This document shows, piece by piece, positions 17,638-27,762 of a DNA stretch of 47,846 bases (position 1 is the stretch's first letter; each line of letters opens with the position of its first letter). The DNA comes from Bacillota bacterium (GTDB lineage: Bacteria > Bacillota > Dethiobacteria > DTU022 > UBA8154). The position numbers were made by a program, and so were the translations under genes. The notes beneath the pieces are model-generated. The model made no database searches and was not told the DNA's origin. It saw only the letters and a program-made list of their open reading frames with translations. Location: positions 1-47,846 of the forward strand of contig JAAZMI010000042.1 of the NCBI GenBank assembly GCA_012798895.1, written 5' to 3'.

Positions 17638-17702
17638 AGCCCTGGCTCACTCCTCATCCTCCTGATACCCTCCCGGCTATTTTTAAACCCCCACAAGTTT
17701 TT

Positions 17703-18263
17703 TTAAAGCAATCGAAAATTAATTGGAGGCCAAAATACCAGCGCCGCTTTTCCTCTAATCCGCCCTATGGATACGTAACCCACCGTTGGATCTCTGCTAT
17801 CCATGCTGTCCAGACGGTTATCCCCCAGAACAAAGACATGATCTTGAGGAACAATAGCCGGTCCAAAATCCGGCATATATTCGATTTCCAGATAGGGCTC
17901 CTCGCAGATCTGGCCGTTGATGTAGAGCTGATCTTCTTTAATCTCCACCTCATCCCCTTCTAGAGCAACAATTCTCTTAATGAAATCGCGGTTGGATGAA
18001 AAATTAAAGACAACGATATCCCCTTTTTGTGGTTTTTTCAAGTGATATACAGCTTTATTGATAATCAATCGCTCATAATTTTCCAGAGTAGGCAACATGG
18101 AGGTTCCTTCCACGATGGTAACCTGGAAAAAGAAAATCCGAATGAAAACAGCTAGAACAACAGCCAATAATATGGACACTATCCATTCCTCTATCTCCTT
18201 GTGGATGTGGATAGATCTTGCTGTTTCCCTTTCTTTTTGCCCGGGATGATTCTCCTGCTCCAT
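17703..18263 (-). CDS. lepB: signal peptidase I
   Basis: TM anchor, box B GTSMLPTL (catalytic Ser), box D KRIVALEGD (catalytic Lys), box E GDNRLDSMDSR. Confidence 0.92.
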   Translation of the reverse strand: MEQENHPGQKERETARSIHIHKEIEEWIVSILLAVVLAVFIRIFFFQVTIVEGTSMLPTLENYERLIINKAVYHLKKPQKGDIVVFNFSSNRDFIKRIVALEGDEVEIKEDQLYINGQICEEPYLEIEYMPDFGPAIVPQDHVFVLGDNRLDSMDSRDPTVGYVSIGRIRGKAALVFWPPINFRLL

Positions 18264-18295
18264 ATTTTAAGTGCTCCTTTTGCCCATCCGCAGCT

Positions 18296-18640
18296 TTATC
18301 TTCTTAGTTCCTTGATACGGGCCGCCCTACCGCGCAAGCCTCTCACGTAATAAAGTTTGGCACGCCGGACACGCCCTTTGCGCATGACCTCCACCTTTTC
18401 GATCTTTGGGGAATGCAAAGGAAAAACCCTTTCTACCCCCACTCCATAAGAGATGCGCCGCACGGTAAAGCTCTCCCCCAGACCGGAACCCCGGCGTTTA
18501 ATAACCACCCCTTCAAACACCTGGATCCTCTCCCTGCTGCCCTCGGTGATCTTAAGGTGCACCCGCACCGTGTCACCCGGAGAGAAGCTGGGAACCTGTT
18601 CCTTAAGGTATTTTTTTTCTACCTGATCAATTAGATCCAT
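18296..18640 (-). CDS. rplS: 50S ribosomal protein L19
   Basis: [33 protein letters not shown]...SFTVRR is the L19 signature. Position after trmD is conserved. Confidence 0.97.
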   Translation of the reverse strand: MDLIDQVEKKYLKEQVPSFSPGDTVRVHLKITEGSRERIQVFEGVVIKRRGSGLGESFTVRRISYGVGVERVFPLHSPKIEKVEVMRKGRVRRAKLYYVRGLRGRAARIKELRR

Positions 18641-18730
18641 TGTTTGCCACCCCTTTCGTGCCTTTTTCGCTGAAACAGATCTATTTTACCGTTGCTTCAT
18701 TCATTTGTTATCTGTTACCTGTTATATCTG

Positions 18731-19435
18731 CTACCCATCACTATTGCGTGGTTTTTCCCGGTTTTGTAACAGGTCCGGTCGGAGCTTCAAAGTGCGTTTG
18801 AACGCCTCCCGGTAGCGCCATTGCCTGATATTTTCATGATCCCCGGATAGAAGAATATCCGGAACATTTTTTCCTTCAAAATCCTTGGGCCGGGTATACT
18901 GAGGATATTCCAGCAATCCCCGGGCGAAAGATTCCTCTTCCAATGAAGCCTCGCTTAAAACCCCGGGAAGAAGGCGAACCAGAGCATCGACCAACACCAT
19001 CGCCGGTATCTCTCCACCGGTGAGCACGTAATCGCCGATCGAAATTTCCTCGTCGGCAAGATGCATGCGTACCCTTTCGTCTATTCCCTCATAACGTCCA
19101 CAAAGCAAAATCAGACGTTCAACCTTGCTCAGCTTTTTCAATCTTTCCTGCGTCAACAACTTCCCCTGGGGAGAAAGCAGAATAACCCTGCCGGCCGGGG
19201 GATGCTTTTTTCGGATGGTCCTCACTGCTTTAAAAAACGGTTCCGGCTTCATCACCATCCCCGGTCCCCCACCATAGGGAGCATCATCGACTTTGCGATG
19301 CTTATCATCGCTAAAAGCGCGCAGGTCATGAAGCCTAATCTCTACCAGCCTTTTTTCCTGTGCACGTTTAAGGATACTTTCCGAAAAAACACCCTGAAAT
19401 AACCCGGGGAAGACAGAGACGATCTCGATTAACAC
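18731..19435 (-). CDS. trmD: tRNA (guanine37-N1)-methyltransferase
   Basis: [10 protein letters not shown]...[42 protein letters not shown]. Start placed at a GTG giving [10 protein letters not shown], 9 nt after AAGGTG (the ORF track opens at 19447). Confidence 0.93.
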   Translation of the reverse strand: MLIEIVSVFPGLFQGVFSESILKRAQEKRLVEIRLHDLRAFSDDKHRKVDDAPYGGGPGMVMKPEPFFKAVRTIRKKHPPAGRVILLSPQGKLLTQERLKKLSKVERLILLCGRYEGIDERVRMHLADEEISIGDYVLTGGEIPAMVLVDALVRLLPGVLSEASLEEESFARGLLEYPQYTRPKDFEGKNVPDILLSGDHENIRQWRYREAFKRTLKLRPDLLQNREKPRNSDG

Positions 19436-19520
19436 CAACCTGCACACCTTATAAATTTATTCTTCTTCCGGTCGTTGGCCTGATAAAATCTACTTTACCT
19501 AAGCCCCCGATCGTCATGCA

Positions 19521-20054
19521 CTACTCTAAAAGCCCTGCCGGCAGTTCCAATAAGATATACCCTTTTTCCCGATTGATTTCTTTCACAACACTTTTTAACG
19601 CCGGAACGAGTATCTCCCGGCGAGAACCGGCCTGGCCTTGCTCCTTTTCTTCGGAGATTACATAGACATCATTGCTGCCCGTCCTTAAAATATCCCGCAT
19701 GTAACCCAGTTTTTTCCCCCCTGCCTCCCTGGCCTCCAGGCCCAAAAGTTCATCCAGATAATAGCTCCCCGGGGGTAGGGGCACTCTCTGCACAGCGGGG
19801 ATTTTCACCAGAGATCCTACCAGATCTTGCGCTTCATCCCTGGTAGAACAATCTTCAAAATAGAAAACCCATAGATTTTTATGCCGCCGCGCCTTTTTTA
19901 TATCCTTAAACCGGCTAAATCCCTTATCTTCCAGCTCCACTCTTTTCAGCAAGCGATAACGATCCAAAAAGTCTGAATAAGGATAGACCTTCACAGCCCC
20001 CTCGATGCCGAAAGGAGCTATGACTTTACCGATGATCGCCATCTCAGCAACCAC
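19521..20054 (-). CDS. rimM: 16S rRNA processing protein RimM
   Basis: IGKVIAPFGIEGAVKVYPYSD N-terminal barrel and a C-terminal PRC barrel (EILVPALKSVVKEIN). GTG start 5 nt after AAAGGGGA. Confidence 0.92.
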   Translation of the reverse strand: MVAEMAIIGKVIAPFGIEGAVKVYPYSDFLDRYRLLKRVELEDKGFSRFKDIKKARRHKNLWVFYFEDCSTRDEAQDLVGSLVKIPAVQRVPLPPGSYYLDELLGLEAREAGGKKLGYMRDILRTGSNDVYVISEEKEQGQAGSRREILVPALKSVVKEINREKGYILLELPAGLLE

Positions 20055-20065
20055 TTTGATCCCCT

Positions 20066-20296
20066 TTACTGTATTATCTCCACCATGACGCGTTTGTTCT
20101 CCTTAATTGCCGCGGCATTGATCACGGTACGCAGGGCCTTGGCAATGCGCCCCTGTTTGCCGATCACCTTGCCCATATCTTCCGGAGCGACCCTTAATTC
20201 AAGAATAACCGAACGTTCTCCTTCCACCTGCGAAACATCTACCTGTTCGGGATAATCCACTAAAGCCTTGGCGATATATTCCACCAGTTCTTTCAT
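20066..20296 (-). CDS. KH-domain RNA-binding protein (YlqC/UPF0109)
   Basis: 76 aa with a KH GxxG loop (VIGKQGRIAKALRTV). The start overlaps the rpsP stop (TAATG). Canonical rpsP-ylqC-rimM order. Confidence 0.93.
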   Translation of the reverse strand: MKELVEYIAKALVDYPEQVDVSQVEGERSVILELRVAPEDMGKVIGKQGRIAKALRTVINAAAIKENKRVMVEIIQ

Positions 20297-20574
20297 TACT
20301 CGATCAACTCCTCTTGCTCTGCCCCTGATGATTGTTCAAGTTTGGCTTTCGCCAAAAGTCTTTTCACTGTATCGGAAGGCTGGGCACCCACAGAGATCCA
20401 TTTTTGGGCTTTTTCAAGATCGATCTTAAGCGTAACCGGGGTCGTTACCGGGCTGTAATGGCCAATCTCCTCAATAAATCTCCCATTGCGGGGAGCAGCG
20501 GAACTGGCGACAACAACACGGTAAAAGGGGTTCTTTTTTGCCCCCATTCTTTTCAAGCGAATTCGCACAGACAT
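20296..20574 (-). CDS. rpsP: 30S ribosomal protein S16
   Basis: [23 protein letters not shown] is the S16 N-terminal signature. Confidence 0.97.
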   Translation of the reverse strand: MSVRIRLKRMGAKKNPFYRVVVASSAAPRNGRFIEEIGHYSPVTTPVTLKIDLEKAQKWISVGAQPSDTVKRLLAKAKLEQSSGAEQEELIE

Positions 20575-20606
20575 TGCCTGGACACCTCCTCCATTCTGAA
20601 CTGATT

Positions 20607-21950
20607 TTACCTAAAAGGAAAGAAGCCCCTCGGTTTTCTTGTTCTTCCCTTATCCATAAAATTGGCTTGTTTAAGCAATTTCTTCATCTGGTCAAACTGT
20701 TTCAAGAGCCTGTTGACATCTTGAACGGTAGTCCCGCTCCCTGCGGAGATACGGCGCTTCCTGCTACTGTTAATAATCCCCGGCCGTTGGCGCTCTTCCA
20801 ATGTCATCGAACTGAGCACGGCTTCAATTTTAAGGATCTGTTTCTCGCCGAGGTCCAGGCCTTTTAACTGTTTGCCTACCTGATGAAAACCGGGCACCAT
20901 CCCCAGCAGATCTTCGAGCGGCCCCATCTGTTTAATCTGTTGCAACTGTTCTAAAAAATCCTCCAGCGTCAAAGCCTGCTCCCGTATTTTTTTCTCCAGG
21001 GTACGGCTTTTCTCTACATCCACCACCTGCTGTGCCTTTTCGATCAGAGAGAGCACATCGCCCATTCCCAGTATTCTAGAGGCCATTCGATCTGGGTGAA
21101 AAGGCTCGAAAGCCTCTATCTTTTCACCGACACCCACAAATTTAATCGGACGATCTGTCACTGCTTTCACGGAGAGAGCAGCCCCACCTCGCGTATCGCC
21201 ATCCAGTTTGGTCAGGATAACACCGGTTAACCCCAATTTTTCATGAAAAGTCCCGGCAGCGTTGACGGCATCCTGACCGGTCATGGCATCTACAACCAAC
21301 AAGATCTCCCGAGGGTCCAACCGGGCCTTTAAGTTGCCCAGTTCGGCCATGAGTTCGGCATCGATATGCAGCCTTCCGGCCGTATCGAGGATCACGTAAT
21401 CGTTTCCCTCCCGCGCCGCCTCCTTGAGGGCCAGCCGCCCAATATTTACCGGATCGTCTTTGCCCCGGCTAAAGACGGCAATCCCCGCTTCTTTTCCCAA
21501 AACCTCCAGTTGCTCTATGGCCGCGGGGCGATAGACATCGGCGGCTACGAGCAGGGGATTATGCCCTCCTTTTTTCAAAAACAGTGCCAGCTTGGCTGCG
21601 GTGGTTGTCTTACCAGAACCTTGTAATCCCACCAACATTACAGCCTGCGGGGGATGATCGGCGGGAGCCAATTTACTTTGTTTTCTCCCCATCAGCTCGA
21701 TTAGATCTTCGTGTACAATTTTTACGACCTGCTGGCCGGGAGTAAGGCTTTTTAACACCTCCGCACCGAGGGCCCTTTCCCGGATGGTGTTGACAAAATC
21801 CCTGACAACCTTATAATTGACATCAGCTTCCAGCAGGGCGAGGCGGATCTCTCGCAAGGCCAGATCGATATCTTTTTCGCTAAGCTTACCCTTTCCTTTG
21901 AGCTTGCGAAACACCTCTTGCAATTTATCAGCCAGCGTACCAAATAACAA
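20607..21950 (-). CDS. ffh: signal recognition particle protein Ffh
   Basis: N domain, then G domain [15 protein letters not shown] / DTAGRL / TKLDGD, then a Met-rich M domain. TTG start 7 nt after GGGAG. Confidence 0.97.
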   Translation of the reverse strand: MLFGTLADKLQEVFRKLKGKGKLSEKDIDLALREIRLALLEADVNYKVVRDFVNTIRERALGAEVLKSLTPGQQVVKIVHEDLIELMGRKQSKLAPADHPPQAVMLVGLQGSGKTTTAAKLALFLKKGGHNPLLVAADVYRPAAIEQLEVLGKEAGIAVFSRGKDDPVNIGRLALKEAAREGNDYVILDTAGRLHIDAELMAELGNLKARLDPREILLVVDAMTGQDAVNAAGTFHEKLGLTGVILTKLDGDTRGGAALSVKAVTDRPIKFVGVGEKIEAFEPFHPDRMASRILGMGDVLSLIEKAQQVVDVEKSRTLEKKIREQALTLEDFLEQLQQIKQMGPLEDLLGMVPGFHQVGKQLKGLDLGEKQILKIEAVLSSMTLEERQRPGIINSSRKRRISAGSGTTVQDVNRLLKQFDQMKKLLKQANFMDKGRTRKPRGFFPFR

Positions 21951-22034
21951 TGTGCATCTCCCGGTTGGAAACCGCAGAAACCGGGATTACCTCCCTTGAA
22001 TTAAACTATCCTCCAAAGACGCACTTCCCTAACA

Positions 22035-22063
22035 TTTATACACTATTCCAGCCTCAAAGTAAA
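22035..22063 (-). promoter_or_regulatory. candidate sigma-A-type promoter for the ffh-rpsP operon
   Basis: On the minus strand: TTTACT, 17 nt, TATAAA (TGTATAAAT), about 85 nt upstream of the ffh start. By-eye match only. Confidence 0.3.
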
Positions 22064-22085
22064 TACCCTTGCCTGCCGAATCCTT

Positions 22086-22991
22086 TCAGACCAACAGGGC
22101 TTCTACAAACTCCGTCGCCTGAAAAACCTCCAGATCTTCCTTTTTTTCACCCACGCCAACCAGCTTCAAAGGCACACCCGTCAGATCCTTGATGGCCACT
22201 ACAATCCCCCCCCTGGCTGTTCCATCCAGCTTCGTCAGAACCAACCCGGTGAGGGGGACCGTTTCCTGAAAATATTTTACCTGCGACAGCCCGTTTTGTC
22301 CGGTAGTTGCATCCAGAACCAGCAACACCTCGTGGGGCGCCCCCGGCAGGGCTTTTTGCATCACCCGGTAAATTTTCTTCACTTCTTCCAATAAGTTCGC
22401 TTTCGTATGTAGCCGGCCGGCGGTATCACAGATAAGCAGATCCGCCTCCCGGGCTACAGCCGCATTCATGGCATCAAAGATCACGGCGGAAGGGTCGCCG
22501 CCGCTCTGATGCTTGACCAGATCGGCACCGGTAAGCCTGGACCATTCCTCCAGTTGCTCGATAGCCGCCGCCCGGAAAGTATCTCCGGCCGCCAGCAAAA
22601 CTTTTTTCCCTTCCCGGATAAAACGGTAAGCAATTTTGCCGATAGTCGTCGTCTTCCCCACCCCGTTAACGCCCAGAATCAGATAGACCGTAGGAGGAGA
22701 TGGGGCCAGAGAGAGCACAGCCTGATGATCGCTTTCCAACATGCCCGTCAACAGCTCTTTTAACAGTTCCCGGGCGGCAGATCGCTTCTTGATCTTCTCT
22801 AACCGCAACTGTTCCCGAAGAGAATCAACGATCTTCATCGTTGCCCCAACGCCAACATCGGCAGAAAGCAATATCTCTTCCAACTCGTCGAAGAAGTCCT
22901 GATCGAGCTCGCTGCTGCCAAATAGAATGTTAAATTTGCTTTTTAAAGCAAGCCTGGTTTTACCCAATCCTTTTTTAAAACGTTCCAACAT
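22086..22991 (-). CDS. ftsY: signal recognition particle receptor FtsY (short form without the acidic A domain)
   Basis: GVNGVGKTTTIGKIA, DTAGRLH, TKLDGTARGG. Confidence 0.97.
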   Translation of the reverse strand: MLERFKKGLGKTRLALKSKFNILFGSSELDQDFFDELEEILLSADVGVGATMKIVDSLREQLRLEKIKKRSAARELLKELLTGMLESDHQAVLSLAPSPPTVYLILGVNGVGKTTTIGKIAYRFIREGKKVLLAAGDTFRAAAIEQLEEWSRLTGADLVKHQSGGDPSAVIFDAMNAAVAREADLLICDTAGRLHTKANLLEEVKKIYRVMQKALPGAPHEVLLVLDATTGQNGLSQVKYFQETVPLTGLVLTKLDGTARGGIVVAIKDLTGVPLKLVGVGEKKEDLEVFQATEFVEALLV

Positions 22992-23000
22992 AGCCTTTTA

Positions 23001-26000
23001 TCACCCCACTTTTTCAATCAGGCTTAGAGATACAACCTTGGAGACGCCCTGTTCTTCCATGGTAATCCCGTAAAGGTAATCTACCTCCTCCATGGTCCGC
23101 CGGCGATGCGTAATCACAATGAACTGGGTGTCTCCGGCATACTTTCTTAGGAAATTAACAAATTTGGCCAAATTATGATCATCTAGGGCAGATTCAATCT
23201 CATCGAGGATGCAAAAAGGAACAGGCTTGTGCTTTAAAAAAGCAAACAGCAGGGCAATTGCAGTCAAAGCCTTCTCCCCCCCGGAAAGCAGGGAGATATT
23301 CTGCAGTTTTTTGCCCGGTGGGCGGGCCACAATCTCCACACCTGCAGTTAAAACGTTCTCCGGCTCTGTCAACCTTAAAAAAGCCTGCCCTCCACCAAAA
23401 AGTTTTGAAAAAATATCTAGAAAATTACTCTCGATATCTTGCAGAGCCTGCCTAAATTGTTTTTCCATGTGCCCATCCAGTGTAGCGAGGACCTTTTGCA
23501 GTTCTTTTTCACCTTGTACGAGATCTTCCTTCTGTGTTTGAAGAAAGGCAATCCGTTCCTGCAACCTTGCGTATTCCTCTGCGGCCCCCAGATTTACCTC
23601 CCCCAACCGGGAGATCTTTTCTTCCAGAATTTCCTTCTCTTTAAGTAATTCTTTCTCCGGTAGATCAACTTTTTCATGCAGTGCCGGATCTTCTTCCGGG
23701 CAGAAGTCGAATTTTTCGCGCCGGCTTTCCATCAAGTATCTGCGGGCTTCCTCCAACCTCGTATGCTCAATCCTTAGATTATGCCTGCGCTGTTCATATC
23801 TCTCCCGCAATTTTTGTGCATGCGTAAATTCAACATTCAGTTCTTCCCTTTGCCGGCGAGAGGATTTCAAAGCGTTTTTTTGTTGCTGTATATCTTCTTC
23901 AATTTGGGCCAGAGCTACGCGTTCTTTTTCGAGGGCAGCTTCAATTTCTCTCTCTTCCGCCTTCAGCTCCTGCAGCTTTTTCTGCAGTATACCTTTTTGT
24001 TCCGCAAAACCGGCCTCAAGCTTCTGTAGATGTTCTTTTTCTTGAACTTGTTTAAAAATAATTTCTTGCAGAGAACTTTCTTTTTCCTGCAAGGCGGCAA
24101 GCCTGATCCTTATCTCCACCAGCCCCTGCTCTATTTTTTTACACTGTTGCTCTGTTGCAGAAACCTCGCCACCGGCCTTCTCCAGATCGGCCTCGATCGC
24201 AACCAGCGATTCCTTTAAGGCCGCATACTCCTCCTTTTTGCCCTTTTCTTCCGCCCTAAAACGGCGAAATTGTGCCTCCAACTCCTTCCTTTCCTGTATC
24301 AATTCTGTGGTCTCGCCGCCTACTCTTTTTATCTCCGCAACGACCCTTTGATGATCGGCCCGGATTTTAATCTCATTCTCTGCCGACAATCTTTGTTGCC
24401 GGCCGGCTTCCTGAATATTTTTAGCCAGATCGGCCATCTTGTCGCCCAATACCTGTAGTTCATCGCTTTCCCGTTCAATTTGCTGCTTCAGGGACACCAC
24501 TTCCTCCGCCAGATCCTTCAGCTCTCTTTTGCGTTCCAGGAAACCGCTGCGTTCTACAGGCTGATACCCGCCCGAGATAGCCCCCCCGGGCGTAATCATC
24601 TCTCCATCCAGGGTGACAATTCTCCAACCTTCTCTATTGCTCCGGGCCAACTTTAGAGCGGCCTCCAGATCCTCGGCAATCAAAATGTAACCCAGCAGAT
24701 AATCGGCAACTTTCTTAAATTGGGGCGCGATCTCCACCAACTGGGAAGCAACCCCCAAAAATTTCCGCGGAAGAGAGGCACCCGGCATTTTCCGCCCCCC
24801 CGTCCGCAGAAGGTTTAGGGGTAAAAATGTAGCCTTCCCCGCCTTTTTTTCCTTTAAGAATTCGATGGCCGCCCGGGCTGCAGAATCATCGGTTACGACG
24901 ATAAATTGCACCTTCGCACCCAATGCCACCTCGATCGCCCTCTCCAATTTGGGGGGCGTGCTGAGCAGATCGGCTACCGGCCCATGAATTCCCGGCAAGG
25001 CATCCCTATGAGCAGTCTGCATCACCGCCCGCACGCCACGGGAATAGAGGCTGAAATATTCTTCCCCTTCTTGCAAGTACTTCAGCCGGGCATTTTTTTT
25101 CTGCCATTCCTTTTCCAGGCGCCGGTTGAGGCTCTGCCGTTCCTCTTGCTGTTTGTAGAGCACCGCGTGATGCTGTTCCAACAGATCATATTCATGAACC
25201 TGATCCTGCTTCTCCCATTCGATCTTTTCCAATCTGGTGCAAAGTTCTTTTTCAGCACTTTCAAGGGTCTTCAGGGCGTTTTTCTTTTCCTTTTCTCGTT
25301 CAGCCAGCCGCTCCATGCTCATTTGGAATTCTTGGCCACGCCGGCTGCTATTTTTAATAAACTGCTGCAAAGCTGCCATCTGCATATTTTTTTCCACGAG
25401 TCGTTTTCTTAGAACCTTTAATCCTGTAAAATCCCGTCCTTCCTGCAATTTTCGCAGAGTATCGTTTAAAACCGCCGCTTTTTTGCCTAACTGTTCCTGT
25501 TCTACCTGGATGCCTTTCAGTTCCCTTTTGTTTTCCTGTAGAGTCCCCGCCAAACCGGTTTGGCGCTCCGCCACCTCTTTTATAGATTTTTCCTGCAGAG
25601 CGCTTTTCTCCCCAATATTCTTTTTCTGCTCTCGTATCAAGTCTAATTTGCCCTGCAACTGGGTGCAACTTTCTTTCCCAACTCGATAGAGTGCACCGCT
25701 ATTTTCCATCTCCAATGAGAGAGAGTTTTCTTGTTCTTCCTTGGCGCTAATTTCCCGGCCGAGCTCTGTCAGCCCAGATTGTATCTCCCTAAGAAGGCGA
25801 TCCATCTTCTTTTGTTCAGCGTTTAATTTCTGCAACAGACGCTCATTTTCTTCCCAGCGCAGCCGAAATATTTTTTTCTCCATACTGTCCAGCCTGGCAC
25901 GGCAACCCCGATATTCCTTGGCCCGGGCAGCCGCCGCAGCCAGGAAGGGAAGCTGACCCTGCAGCTCGGCAAGCAGATCCTCAACCCTAAGCAGATTCCC

Positions 26001-26555
26001 GCTCATTGCTTCCAGATTTCTTGAAGCCTCTTTTTTTCTCTGCTTATACTTATGGATCCCCGCCGCCTCTGCAAACAGTTCCCAATGATCCTCCGGCCGG
26101 GCATTGATCAACCGTTCTACCTTGCCCTGCCCGATCAGAGAATAGGTTTCTGTGCCGATGCCCGTATCCAAAAACAAATCCAGGATATCCCTCAAACGGC
26201 AAGGCGTTTTATTCAGATAATATTCCCCTTCCCCGGAACGATAAAGCCTTCTTGTAACAGCCACTTCCCGGTAATCAAGGGGCAGGAACCGATCCGCCCG
26301 GTCGAAGACGAGGGTAACCTCCGCAAAATTCAATGCCTTGCGCCCGGACGAACCGCTAAAGATCAGATCGTCCATACGCCCCCCCCGCAACAACCTCACG
26401 CTTTGTTCACCCAAAGCCCAGCGTACAGCATCCAGCAGATTGCTCTTTCCACACCCGTTGGGGCCCACCACGGCAGTAATACCCGGAGAAAATTTAAGTT
26501 TTGTCTTCTCCGGAAAAGACTTAAAACCTGTTATCTCCAGAGACTTTAAATACAT
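23001..26555 (-). CDS. smc: chromosome segregation protein SMC
   Basis: Walker A GPNGCGKSN, long coiled coils with a central hinge (GPVADLL...), signature LSGGEKALTAIALLFA, Walker B ILDEIESALD. Start placed at the ATG at 26555 (MYLKSLEITGFKSF), 6 nt after GAAGGTG (the ORF track opens at 26612). Confidence 0.96.
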   Translation of the reverse strand: MYLKSLEITGFKSFPEKTKLKFSPGITAVVGPNGCGKSNLLDAVRWALGEQSVRLLRGGRMDDLIFSGSSGRKALNFAEVTLVFDRADRFLPLDYREVAVTRRLYRSGEGEYYLNKTPCRLRDILDLFLDTGIGTETYSLIGQGKVERLINARPEDHWELFAEAAGIHKYKQRKKEASRNLEAMSGNLLRVEDLLAELQGQLPFLAAAAARAKEYRGCRARLDSMEKKIFRLRWEENERLLQKLNAEQKKMDRLLREIQSGLTELGREISAKEEQENSLSLEMENSGALYRVGKESCTQLQGKLDLIREQKKNIGEKSALQEKSIKEVAERQTGLAGTLQENKRELKGIQVEQEQLGKKAAVLNDTLRKLQEGRDFTGLKVLRKRLVEKNMQMAALQQFIKNSSRRGQEFQMSMERLAEREKEKKNALKTLESAEKELCTRLEKIEWEKQDQVHEYDLLEQHHAVLYKQQEERQSLNRRLEKEWQKKNARLKYLQEGEEYFSLYSRGVRAVMQTAHRDALPGIHGPVADLLSTPPKLERAIEVALGAKVQFIVVTDDSAARAAIEFLKEKKAGKATFLPLNLLRTGGRKMPGASLPRKFLGVASQLVEIAPQFKKVADYLLGYILIAEDLEAALKLARSNREGWRIVTLDGEMITPGGAISGGYQPVERSGFLERKRELKDLAEEVVSLKQQIERESDELQVLGDKMADLAKNIQEAGRQQRLSAENEIKIRADHQRVVAEIKRVGGETTELIQERKELEAQFRRFRAEEKGKKEEYAALKESLVAIEADLEKAGGEVSATEQQCKKIEQGLVEIRIRLAALQEKESSLQEIIFKQVQEKEHLQKLEAGFAEQKGILQKKLQELKAEEREIEAALEKERVALAQIEEDIQQQKNALKSSRRQREELNVEFTHAQKLRERYEQRRHNLRIEHTRLEEARRYLMESRREKFDFCPEEDPALHEKVDLPEKELLKEKEILEEKISRLGEVNLGAAEEYARLQERIAFLQTQKEDLVQGEKELQKVLATLDGHMEKQFRQALQDIESNFLDIFSKLFGGGQAFLRLTEPENVLTAGVEIVARPPGKKLQNISLLSGGEKALTAIALLFAFLKHKPVPFCILDEIESALDDHNLAKFVNFLRKYAGDTQFIVITHRRRTMEEVDYLYGITMEEQGVSKVVSLSLIEKVG

Positions 26556-26651
26556 CTTATTCACCTTCAACCCCAGACTGGAAGGCAAGTTTAAATCTTT
26601 TAGATCCTTCAATAAAACCCACCCGAAACAGTTATTTCTGCCTTCAAAAGG

Positions 26652-26675
26652 AAACCTGCCCTAAGGGGCAGGTTT
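26652..26675 (-). terminator. stem-loop terminator after spoVS
   Basis: AAACCTGCCC / GGGCAGGTTT, a 10-bp stem with a 4-nt loop, 17 nt past the spoVS stop. On the minus strand it is followed by CCTTTTG. Confidence 0.5.
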
Positions 26676-26691
26676 GTGGCAATTCATCCCC

Positions 26692-26952
26692 TTAACGCGG
26701 TTCTACAATAAATTTAATTGCAGTCCTCTCCTCCTGATCGATAACTATCTCTACAAAAGCAGGGATTGTAACCAGATCTATACCATTGGGGGCGACGTAA
26801 CCTCGTGTAATAGCAATGGCCTTGATGGCCTGGTTAACTGCCCCGGCTCCCACAGCTTGTATCTCTGCCATGCCTTTTTCCCTGATCACTGCCGCCAGAG
26901 CTCCCGCAACTGATTTGGGTTTGGATTGGGCGGATACTTTGAGCAATTCCAT
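26692..26952 (-). CDS. spoVS: stage V sporulation protein S
   Basis: 86 aa. LKVSAQSKPKSVAGALA...AVGAGAVNQAIKAIAI.RGY is near-invariant SpoVS sequence. Confidence 0.95.
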   Translation of the reverse strand: MELLKVSAQSKPKSVAGALAAVIREKGMAEIQAVGAGAVNQAIKAIAITRGYVAPNGIDLVTIPAFVEIVIDQEERTAIKFIVEPR

Positions 26953-26977
26953 ATATAGTGGTTCCTCCTTTAGCCTC

Positions 26978-27715
26978 TTATTCCTTATCAGCGTTCTTAT
27001 CCTTATTCGTTCTAGTGGTAATATTTCCCTGCAGGCTGGTAAAAAAACTATTTGTCATATTCTGCGTTTCCCAGGCTGCCCTGGCAGCCAGTTGCTCAGC
27101 CTCTTTTTTACTTTTACCCTCCCCCCTGCCGACAACTCTATTTTCTATTTTCACCTCTGCCTGGAAACTACGCGCGTGAGAAGGCCCGTATTCCGCAATT
27201 ATGGTGTAGACAGGAGGTCTTGCAAATCTTGATTGGCACACCTCCTGCAACATACTCTTGTAATCCAAAAGAGGCTTCTCCCCCTGCCGGATTGTCTCCA
27301 AAATCGGTTCGAAAAGATCGATAACCAGGGGTTGGGCTTTTACGTAACCCTGGTCAAGAAACAGGGCACCGATCAACGCCTCCAGGGCACCGGCCAGTAG
27401 GGACGGTTTTTCTGCACCGCCGCTTAGGAGCTCCCCTTTTCCCAGCAATAGATAGGCTCCCAAATTGATATCTTTGGCGATCTGGGCCAGAGATTTTTCA
27501 TTAACAACATTATGCCGCATCAAAGTCAGTTTTCCTTCCGGGTGAGCAGGAAAAAATTTAAAAAAATATTCCGAAATAACAAGCTCGAGCACCGCATCAC
27601 CCAGATACTCAAGGCGTTCATTGCTATGAAGCCCAAACTCATAGGCATAAGATGAATGTGTCAACGCTTTTTGAAAAAGCTCTTTGTTATCCGCCGGCCA
27701 ACGAAGCAGCGCCAA
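26978..27715 (-). CDS. rnc: ribonuclease III
   Basis: Signature ERLEYLGDAVLELV, ALEALIGALFLD and a C-terminal dsRBD (GPSHARSFQAEV...GEGKSKKEAEQLAA). The only in-frame start candidates are CTG/TTG at about 27715-27718, with no clear Shine-Dalgarno, so the start is uncertain. Confidence 0.92.
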   Translation of the reverse strand: MALLRWPADNKELFQKALTHSSYAYEFGLHSNERLEYLGDAVLELVISEYFFKFFPAHPEGKLTLMRHNVVNEKSLAQIAKDINLGAYLLLGKGELLSGGAEKPSLLAGALEALIGALFLDQGYVKAQPLVIDLFEPILETIRQGEKPLLDYKSMLQEVCQSRFARPPVYTIIAEYGPSHARSFQAEVKIENRVVGRGEGKSKKEAEQLAARAAWETQNMTNSFFTSLQGNITTRTNKDKNADKE

Positions 27716-27762
27716 CAGTTGTTCACTTTTCTGTGATCTAGTCGTAGCGCCAGCCCCCTTTC

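Noticed and set aside
18641-18730. L19 ribosomal-protein leader upstream of rplS
   Set aside because: The position is right and a hairpin (ACAGAT, 29 nt, ATCTGT) exists. I cannot recall the family consensus well enough to assert a match. It needs cmscan (RF00556).
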